Part shown: positions 8,697 through 16,160 of the stretch, in pieces | How the letters are laid out: every line of letters starts with the position of its first letter | Position numbering within the stretch: the first letter of the stretch is position 1 | Origin: Nitrosococcus oceani ATCC 19707 | Lineage (GTDB): Bacteria; Pseudomonadota; Gammaproteobacteria; Nitrosococcales; Nitrosococcaceae | Length of the DNA: 32,000 nt | Direction of reading: 5' to 3' | Assembly: GCF_000012805.1 (NCBI RefSeq) | Contig: NC_007484.1 | Coordinates: 1,110,001 to 1,142,000 of the forward strand | Notes under the pieces: generated by a model | Databases searched by the model: none | What the model saw: the letters and a program-made list of their open reading frames with translations, nothing else | Told to the model about the DNA's origin: nothing | Position numbers and translations under genes: made by a program

Positions 8697-9911
8697 CTAT
8701 TGGGGGAGAGTAGATTTATCTTTTAAACCTTTAAGAGGTTGTTTCCCGTGGAGGGAGAGCCACTTGAGCAGATCTTCCCGGCGAATAAGCCCGCGGATTT
8801 GGCCATTTTCAACCACGGGTAGTTGATTGATATTACGGCGGGCCAAAATGAAAAGGGCCTCTGCCGCGCCTCCTTTCGGCGAAGTCAGGGCAACTTTGCG
8901 CACTGGCGTCATAAGCTCACCGATAGTCGTTTGGGACCATTTCTCCCGGCTAATTTTGCGAATATCTGGAATAGAGATGATTCCAGCCAGGCGATTATTT
9001 TCTTCCACGGGAAAAGCCCGCTGATCGCTACGCATTAAATGTTCTTCCACCAGCGTGCGAACCCGCATGTCGGGGTTTACCTTAACAAAATCGGTCTGCA
9101 TAAGGCGAGAGACAGGGATATCCTCCAGTGCTTCCTGCACAAGTAGTTGCTGGTAGCTGGCCACGGCAGCGTTATTGAGGAACCAGCCAATAAAAGCCAG
9201 CCATAGCCCTCCTACCAGACCAGTTCCAAAAAAAGGCACCTGAAAGCCCAATATCATGGCAAACCCGGTAATAATAAGTGTCCAGGCAAAGAACTGCCCA
9301 GCCCGGGATGCCCACTGGGTTGCCTGGCGGAAATTACCGCTAATGCCCCACAGGAGGGCCCGCAGTACTCGGCCCCCGTCTAAAGGAAACCCTGGGACCA
9401 AATTAAAGAGACCTAGAATGATGTTGACGGGCCCTAACCAGAATAGCAAGGTGGCAAGGGGACTTAATGTGGTAAAAAGCTGTTCGGCATTGGCTGAATC
9501 TACTTCCAGGGGACCGGTGATGAGACTGCCCAGAAAGAGAAATGTTGCCCCTAGAACTAAACTGGTGATAGGTCCGACAATGGCCATCCAGAGTTCGGCG
9601 CGCCAGGCGTGAGGTTCCTGCTCTAGATGGGCCATGCCCCCGAAAATAAACAGGGTGATACGTTTAATCTCAATGCCATGGGCGCGGCCCATTAAGGCAT
9701 GGGAAAGTTCGTGGATAAAAACTGAGGCAAGGAAAAGGATGGCTGCCGCAATAGCGGTCCCCCAGGTCACACCTGGCTCCCAATCCGGATGCCAGCGAGG
9801 AAAGACGCCCACGGCAAGGCTAAAAGTGAGCAAAAAGAAAATGATGGATAGGCTCCAATCAAGGTAAACGCTAATTCCAGCAACGCGGCCAATACGGATT
9901 CCAGTGGGCAT
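8697..9911 (-). CDS. Site-2 protease family (M50) zinc metalloprotease with C-terminal CBS pair
   Basis: It has the HExxH motif (FIHELSHAL), the second metal-ligand motif (NLVPGFPLDGGRVL) and a C-terminal tandem CBS-like region. It lies 35 bp upstream of the MFS gene on the same strand. Confidence 0.85.
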   Translation of the reverse strand: MPTGIRIGRVAGISVYLDWSLSIIFFLLTFSLAVGVFPRWHPDWEPGVTWGTAIAAAILFLASVFIHELSHALMGRAHGIEIKRITLFIFGGMAHLEQEPHAWRAELWMAIVGPITSLVLGATFLFLGSLITGPLEVDSANAEQLFTTLSPLATLLFWLGPVNIILGLFNLVPGFPLDGGRVLRALLWGISGNFRQATQWASRAGQFFAWTLIITGFAMILGFQVPFFGTGLVGGLWLAFIGWFLNNAAVASYQQLLVQEALEDIPVSRLMQTDFVKVNPDMRVRTLVEEHLMRSDQRAFPVEENNRLAGIISIPDIRKISREKWSQTTIGELMTPVRKVALTSPKGGAAEALFILARRNINQLPVVENGQIRGLIRREDLLKWLSLHGKQPLKGLKDKSTLPQ

Positions 9912-10454
9912 TTTAAATTTCCTCTCTAAAATAATCTGGATAATTTAAAGGAAGTTTTTTTACAGGGGCTCCCCCATAATAGATTAAGATACTCTATTTG
10001 GTTTTTTTTGTATCTGCGGTTTAATGGTCTGGCCTACCTAGAGGGAGAGACATTTTTCTGCTAGCCGAAGGTATTTTTTGGCTCGGCGGGTCCATTTGGA
10101 TCGCTGCCGACAAGAAGATTTTAGCAAATGCCAGATGGCTAATTCAGCCTGCAGGGAGGCGCGCGGTAGTTCTTAATAAAAATGAATGGGCGCTAGCTAC
10201 CTACGGGAGGATCATCTTGAATAGTTTGCTAGCAGGTGTCAGAAACAGTATCGTCGACAAAGGCGATTCTCGCCTGTTCACATTCCATAGCCAAAAAACC
10301 AAAAGCTTGTCTACCGCATAAAGATAGGGCGCTTAAATTCGTTTAGAACGGCAAGCAGGGTATTTATTGCGGGGCCGGCGGGAATGGGTGATTCTTCTTC
10401 CGCCGGCATTCCCTATTTTGACAGTAAGAATAAAACCGATGGAGATACTCTTTT

Positions 10455-10850
10455 CTACAGGGTAGTTAAGAGTTCTTGGCACGCTTTTTCACAGGCACGG
10501 CAGGACTTAGCACATAGCTGACAATGCTCATGATGTTCAGCATGGCTCTCGCATTCCATTGCACAGATATTGCAGGCCGTGGCGCACGCTTCTAATTGCG
10601 CGCGTAGTAATTTCGGGTTTACCTCGGTTTGCCGGGCTACCACCTGTCCGGTTACCTCACAAATAGCCGCGCAATCAAGGCATGTTCTAATACAACGCCG
10701 GAGGCGAGCAACTTCTTCTTCGGCTAGGCAGGCGTCAGCGCAGAGAGTACAGGCTTCTGAACAAGCATAGCAAGATTTAATGCAGGCGGTGAGTCCTTCT
10801 ATATTAGTGAGATTCTGAGGGTGGGTTTGTAAAAAATGATTGACGTTCAT
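10455..10850 (-). CDS. Cysteine-rich four-helix-bundle copper-binding protein (DUF326 / copper-storage-like)
   Basis: 131 aa with 19 Cys in repeated CxxxC/CxxC spacing on predicted helices (CIKSCYACSEACTLCADAC, CIRTCLDCAAIC, CATACNICAMEC, CQLCAKSCRACEKAC). There is no signal peptide. Confidence 0.75.
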   Translation of the reverse strand: MNVNHFLQTHPQNLTNIEGLTACIKSCYACSEACTLCADACLAEEEVARLRRCIRTCLDCAAICEVTGQVVARQTEVNPKLLRAQLEACATACNICAMECESHAEHHEHCQLCAKSCRACEKACQELLTTL

Positions 10851-11080
10851 GATTTGTCTCCTTGTCTGTGATGGCGGGGAATGGCCGCTTATAGAATTAA
10901 GCTCTTGGTTAGCGAGACGTTATTGAGATAACATTTGAAGTGTAGTAAGCCTTTTATATTAAAACAATGCCTTGTTTTTTTGCTGCACCCTTGGCAACCG
11001 CTGGAAAGATGCGTGAAAACTACGCTTGGTTTAAGATGGGGGGTTCTTTGGAGTTCTCCATGGAGGGCGAACAAGCCCCT

Positions 11081-11122
11081 AGCGAGAACGCGAAGCGAAG
11101 TGGCACGTCGAGCGCGAGGGCC
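11081..11122 (+). repeat. Intergenic repeat element copy A1 (core GCGCGAGGGCC)
   Basis: This 42-nt segment aligns ungapped (33/42 by hand) with the reverse complement of 18970-19011. Blocks AGCGAGA (7/7) and GAGCGCGAGGGCC (13/13) are exact. A degenerate second copy (AAGTGAAAGCGCGAGGAG) lies around 11196-11213. Confidence 0.6.
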
Positions 11123-11377
11123 AAGTGACTTATGTTTCGCCATGAATTGGCGCTATTATTTTTCCGCTCTCGGAGCCTAGGGTGGGGAGCACCCCAAGTG
11201 AAAGCGCGAGGAGCGGTCAAGCCCCAAGGCCGAGGTCATGCCTCCGTCGAGGACTGCTGAGAACCGCGAATTCTCCAGGCGGATGAAGTTTTGCCTGCCT
11301 GTGCGTGTCCGCACGCAGACAGGTAGGCACAAAACTGCTATCCGTCATGGTGAAACTTCAAAAAGGAGCTCTTTACT

Positions 11378-12022
11378 ATGGAACCGTTGACGGTAGTAGA
11401 AGGTTTAGTGGTCCCCTTAGACCGGGCCAATGTAGATACCGATGCTATTATTCCCAAGCAATTTCTAAAGTCGATTAAGCGTACCGGCTTTGGTCCCAAC
11501 CTATTTGATGAATGGCGCTACTTAGATCATGGGGAGCCTGGGAAGGACTGTCGTCATCGGCCTCTTAATCCAGAATTTGTCCTTAATCAGCCTCGTTACC
11601 AGGGCGCGAATATTTTGCTTGCGCGAGATAACTTTGGTTGTGGCTCGAGCCGGGAACATGCGGTTTGGGCATTGGTGGATGATGGCTTCCGGGTAGTGAT
11701 TGCCCCCAGTTTCGCGGATATCTTTCATAGCAACGCCTTTAAAAATGGCCTCCTGCCGATCATTCTGGATGAGGATAGTGTGACCACGTTGTTTAAGGAT
11801 ACCGAAGCGACCCTCGGCTACCGCCTGCGGATTGATTTACCCGCTCAGGAAGTGACTACCCCTGAAGGGAAGGTAATGCCTTTTACCATTGATGAGTTCC
11901 GTAAGCATTGTCTTATGGAAGGATTGGATGAGATTGGGCTAACCTTGCAGTATAGGGATGAGATCCGCGCCTACGAAGAGCGGCGGCAGGTTGAAGCCCC
12001 GTGGTTATTTGAGAAGGGATAA
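11378..12022 (+). CDS. leuD: 3-isopropylmalate dehydratase small subunit
   Basis: Motifs [12 protein letters not shown] and GCGSSREHA are present, the length of 214 aa fits, and leuB follows directly. Confidence 0.92.
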
Positions 12023-12029
12023 GCTTGGA

Positions 12030-13118
12030 ATGAGTAAAAAAATTGCCCTTTTGGCGGGCGATGGGATCGGTCCCGAGATTATTGCCGAGGCGGTTAAGGT
12101 ACTGGCGGCGTTGGGGGAGCATGGGGAACTGGATGTGGTGCTAGAGTCAGGGCTGATTGGGGGTGCTGCCTATGAGGTCACGGGCACTCCGCTGCCTGCG
12201 GAAACTCTTGCTCTAGCCCAGGATTCGGATGCGATCCTGCTAGGCGCCGTCGGGGGTCCCCAGTGGGAAACCCTGGATATTAAAGTCCGCCCTGAAAAAG
12301 GATTACTTGGCATTCGTTCCGCGCTAGGGCTATTTGCTAATCTGCGTCCTGCTATTCTTTACCCTCAATTGGTAGGAGCCTCTACGCTCAAACCGGAGGT
12401 GGTGTCAGGGCTCGATCTCATGATAGTGCGGGAGCTGACCGGCGGTATTTATTTTGGCCAGCCCCGGGGGGTGTGCCGCCTTGAGCATGGCGAGCGGCAA
12501 GGGTTTAATACCCTGGTTTATAAGGAATCGGAAATCCGGCGCATTGCCCAGGTGGCCTTTACCATTGCCATGAAACGGGATCGCCGGGTTTGCTCCGTGG
12601 ACAAAGCCAATGTGCTGGAAGCGACCGAGCTATGGCGCGAGGTAATGTCTGAGGTAGCCGCAGAGTTTCCCGAAGTGGAGCTTAGCCACATGTATGTAGA
12701 CAATGCTGCCATGCAGCTTGTTCGAGCCCCCAAGCAATTTGATGTGGTGGTAACTACGAATATGTTTGGGGATATTTTGTCCGATTGCGCCGCAATGCTG
12801 ACCGGCTCTATCGGGATGCTGCCTTCCGCCTCCCTGGATCAAAGCGGGAGGGGAATGTACGAGCCCATCCACGGTTCGGCGCCGGATATTGCTGGCCAAG
12901 GGATAGCTAATCCCCTGGCGACCATCCTCTCCGTAGCGATGATGTTGCGTTACTCTCTCGATTCGCCCGCCCAGGCCACGCGCCTTGAAAAGGCTGTAGG
13001 TGCCGTACTTGACCAAGGATTGCGGACTCCCGATATTTATTCTCCCGGCACGACCCAGGTCAGCACTGGGGCCATGGGGGATGCGGTCGTGGAGGCATTT
13101 ATCCACACCCCCGGTTGA
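12030..13118 (+). CDS. leuB: 3-isopropylmalate dehydrogenase
   Basis: The protein starts [17 protein letters not shown] and contains [23 protein letters not shown] and [20 protein letters not shown] 12030 is preferred over the track start 11958, which overlaps the end of leuD. Confidence 0.93.
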
Positions 13119-13159
13119 ATTTTGAGGGATGCTGATGGCTTGGGCCAACCGGAATAGAT

Positions 13160-14926
13160 TTATAGGATATGGGTGAACTCAACCTTCCGCGCTCCTGCGC
13201 GAATCCGCTGGACATTAATCTGCTCAATGAGCGTCTTCCCATGAGGAAGGATGCCTCGAAGTATACGGGTTTTATCCCCCTCAAGCTGGATTTGGGCGTG
13301 TTGGTCGCCACAATAGGCATCCACGATATCCCTTTGATTACCTTGGGGACGGAGGATGCAGCGCGGGGACTGGGGTGGTTGGGCAAAGAGGTTGCCCCGT
13401 CCTTCCTCTTGGCAACCGCGATCAGTCAACAGATAATCTAAAGACGCTGGCATATCCGCCATTTGCGCGGCGGTGGTGACTTGTTTTCCGCTATCGAAAG
13501 AATCCCCTAATACCACCAAAGGCAACAGCGCGGGCGCGGCGGGTCCGAAGGCTTTTATCTCCGCCGTGTGCAAGGGACTTAACGCCCGCTGATCGCTGGT
13601 CAAAATCAGCAAGCCCTCCTCAAAAAACCCCTGCTTATCCAGGTGTTCGACAAAGCGAGCGGCCTGAGCGTCAGCGAAGCGAAATGCCGTCAGCTCATCT
13701 TGGCGGCCCGTTTCGGGATCGACAAAGGGGGGATGGGTGGTGACGGTTTCCAGCACCGCCAAATAAGGACGTTTGGGGGGCACTTCCTGCTCCAGCCAAT
13801 GCAAAAAACGATCATACAACCACCCATCATGGGCCGCATGGAAGGCAAATCGTTGGGCATCCTGGTAAAATGGATGGTCATCTCCTTCCACCTTGTGGAA
13901 TCCCAGACGCTTTAGCCATTTCCCCTTGTCCATGAATTCCAGGTCGCCGGTGGTGAAAAAATAGCTCTCGTAGCCATCCGCGGCGAGTCGCCGGGGCAGG
14001 CTGTCCGGCAGTTCTTCAAAGCCAGTATAGCCCTCAAGGCTGTGGTAACGGTTAACAGGGGGTAGGGGAGCCACGCCGCCCAGCAAGGCGATCAAGCCAT
14101 GATCGGTGGTAAAGCCATTGGAAAAAAACTGCGTCCACAGGGTTCCTCGTTGGGCAAGGCGATCAAGCTGGGGAGTGGCGTTCATGATCCCCAGTCGGTC
14201 CTGGCTATGGTACCAGGACCAGGACTCGATGATCACTATCACCACATTGCGCCTCAAGGCGCGGCCCTGGATGCAGTGCAAGGGTGGTGGGGAATAGGCG
14301 GCCAGCACCCGTGACCGGTATGCCTCGCTATAAGCTCGATCAACGCCGCTCGGCAGATTGATTTCCACCACGTTGCGATAAAGCCAGGGCAGGGGATGGT
14401 AGGCCGTTGTGGGTAAAGCGTAGAGGGAGAAACAGACGGCGGCGGCCATGATGATTCTCTGCAGGCCACCCTGACCGAGGCGTTTTGCCGCCACCAGATG
14501 ACCCGCCCAGCTGCTCAGTAAAATGCCGACACCAATAAGCCATAGGGTTCCAGTGATGGCTGTTGCTTTCGTCCCTACATATCCCTGTATTGCTCCCCAC
14601 TCCCCGCCGAATTTCAACACGTCGCGCCAACTCAAGCGCATGCCAAATTCCGCCAGGGTGATTAGATCGGCAACGATAATAAGCACTAACCCGCCCTGTA
14701 TTAGCCAAGCAAGCCATCCGACATAGCGGGGCAATCCCAGCCACAAGGCCGTTGCCGCGAGGAATGCGGCGAGTAGGGCTAGATCTTGCTGCACCGTTGG
14801 AACCACAAGGCATCCAGTGCATCCCATAGCAGCTAGGCTGCCCTGCTCACTGAGCCAGGCTCTGCCGAGGGAGAATAAAACCAGCAGCAGCGGCATGGCG
14901 AGCAAAGCGATCATTCGTCTTCTCAT
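13160..14926 (-). CDS. Membrane-anchored sulfatase-like hydrolase/transferase (LTA-synthase / phosphoglycerol-transferase family)
   Basis: The N-terminal ~200 aa are multi-spanning and hydrophobic, followed by a sulfatase-fold region (VVIVIIESWS, FFSNGFTTDHG). The start is uncertain: ATG 14926 (MRRRMIALL) or TTG 14944 in the track. Confidence 0.65.
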   Translation of the reverse strand: MRRRMIALLAMPLLLVLFSLGRAWLSEQGSLAAMGCTGCLVVPTVQQDLALLAAFLAATALWLGLPRYVGWLAWLIQGGLVLIIVADLITLAEFGMRLSWRDVLKFGGEWGAIQGYVGTKATAITGTLWLIGVGILLSSWAGHLVAAKRLGQGGLQRIIMAAAVCFSLYALPTTAYHPLPWLYRNVVEINLPSGVDRAYSEAYRSRVLAAYSPPPLHCIQGRALRRNVVIVIIESWSWYHSQDRLGIMNATPQLDRLAQRGTLWTQFFSNGFTTDHGLIALLGGVAPLPPVNRYHSLEGYTGFEELPDSLPRRLAADGYESYFFTTGDLEFMDKGKWLKRLGFHKVEGDDHPFYQDAQRFAFHAAHDGWLYDRFLHWLEQEVPPKRPYLAVLETVTTHPPFVDPETGRQDELTAFRFADAQAARFVEHLDKQGFFEEGLLILTSDQRALSPLHTAEIKAFGPAAPALLPLVVLGDSFDSGKQVTTAAQMADMPASLDYLLTDRGCQEEGRGNLFAQPPQSPRCILRPQGNQRDIVDAYCGDQHAQIQLEGDKTRILRGILPHGKTLIEQINVQRIRAGARKVEFTHIL

Positions 14927-15034
14927 GGCTCTTAGGCTTCGCAAGAAGAGTGATTTAAAATCTGCCCTAGGCAGGTTATGATAATAATGACTAAGGAGGG
15001 AGAATAGTTATATTAACCTATAAACGGAGTTTAT

Positions 15035-16057
15035 ATGAGTAGAACATTTGATGTGGCTGTCGTTGGAGCTACCGGCGCGGTGGGGCAGGCTATGATGGAA
15101 ATCCTGGCCCAGCGGGGCTTCCCCGTCAGCCGGGTGTACCCCTTGGCGAGCGAGCGCTCCGCTGGGGAAAAACTTTCGTTTGGGCGCGATGAAGTCATCG
15201 TGGAAAACCTGGCTGGCTTTGATTTTTCTAAGGTACAGCTTGGCTTGTTTTCCGCCGGCGCTAAAATCTCGGCCGAGTATGCGCCTAAAGCAGCGAGTGC
15301 GGGTTGCGTGGTGGTGGATAATACTTCCCAGTTTCGCTATGACAATCGGATTCCTTTAGTGGTGCCCGAGGTCAATCCCCAGGCAATTGAGGGTTATAAG
15401 GACCATGGGATCATTGCCAATCCCAATTGTTCGACTATCCAGATGTTGGTGGCTCTTAAGCCCATCTATGATGCGGTGGGTATCGAGCGAATCAATGTAG
15501 CCACTTACCAGGCTGTTTCTGGCACCGGTAAAGAAGCTATCGAGGAGTTGGCAAAGCAAACCTCCACCCTGCTGAATGGGCGGCCTATTTCGCCTCAAGC
15601 TTACCCCAAGCAGATTGCCTTTAATGTATTGCCCCATATCGATGATTTTCTGGATAACGGTTACACCCGCGAAGAGATGAAAATGGTATGGGAGACACGA
15701 AAAATTTTTGGTGACGAGTCTATCTTGGTAAATCCAACCGCGGTGCGGGTGCCGGTTTTTTATGGGCATTCGGAAGCCGTGCATCTGGAAACCCGTGATA
15801 AGATCACTGCCGATGAGGTTAAGGCGTTGCTGCAGCAGGCGCCTGGGGTTACGGTTTTGGATGAGCACACCAATGGAGGATATCCCACGGCGGTTACCGA
15901 AGCTTCAGGCAGGGACCCAGTATTCGTGGGGCGTATCCGGGAAGATATTTCCCATCCCAAGGGTATAGACCTCTGGATTGTAGCCGATAACGTCCGCAAG
16001 GGCGCGGCGTTAAATAGCATCCAAATTGCGGAATTGCTAATCAAGGATTACCTATAA
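15035..16057 (+). CDS. asd: Aspartate-semialdehyde dehydrogenase
   Basis: It has the VAVVGATGAVG Rossmann motif and the active-site segment NPNCSTIQM. Length is 340 aa. Confidence 0.93.
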   Translation: MSRTFDVAVVGATGAVGQAMMEILAQRGFPVSRVYPLASERSAGEKLSFGRDEVIVENLAGFDFSKVQLGLFSAGAKISAEYAPKAASAGCVVVDNTSQFRYDNRIPLVVPEVNPQAIEGYKDHGIIANPNCSTIQMLVALKPIYDAVGIERINVATYQAVSGTGKEAIEELAKQTSTLLNGRPISPQAYPKQIAFNVLPHIDDFLDNGYTREEMKMVWETRKIFGDESILVNPTAVRVPVFYGHSEAVHLETRDKITADEVKALLQQAPGVTVLDEHTNGGYPTAVTEASGRDPVFVGRIREDISHPKGIDLWIVADNVRKGAALNSIQIAELLIKDYL

Positions 16058-16079
16058 CGAAGCCTGACAAGAACGCTTT

Positions 16080-16098
16080 GGCCTAAGCCAATTAGGCC
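16080..16098 (+). terminator. Weak hairpin after asd (GGCCTAA-5 nt-TTAGGCC)
   Basis: A 7-bp inverted repeat is followed only by TTGATG. It is a marginal terminator candidate. Confidence 0.25.
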
Positions 16099-16160
16099 TT
16101 GATGGGATCGCCGCGCTAATTCTAGATTGGAGCTCTGGACTTTAGATAGGGAGCAAATGA

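Noticed and set aside
10889-11220. Three overlapping 66-84 aa ORFs in the gap upstream of leuD. I also checked for a possible leuC pseudogene remnant.
   Set aside because: The translations are basic and low in complexity, overlap each other and coincide with the intergenic repeat copies. I found nothing resembling the LeuC C-terminus in any frame, though only a sensitive tblastn could exclude a decayed fragment.
11958-12029. Extended leuB N-terminus, using the track start at 11958.
   Set aside because: It overlaps the 3' end of leuD and adds 24 non-conserved basic residues. The canonical [17 protein letters not shown] start is at 12030.
12630-13148. 172-aa minus-strand ORF inside leuB.
   Set aside because: It is antisense to a full-length, motif-complete leuB. 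It has shadow-ORF composition and no RBS.
14340-14822. 160-aa minus-strand ORF in an alternative frame within the sulfatase-like gene, plus short plus-strand ORFs at 14099-14726.
   Set aside because: They lie wholly inside the 594-aa ORF, whose TM-plus-sulfatase architecture is coherent. The alternative frames are Arg/Gly/Pro-rich with no motifs.
15356-16044. Minus-strand ORFs (170 aa and 94 aa) inside asd.
   Set aside because: They are antisense to a canonical asd and have no independent support.
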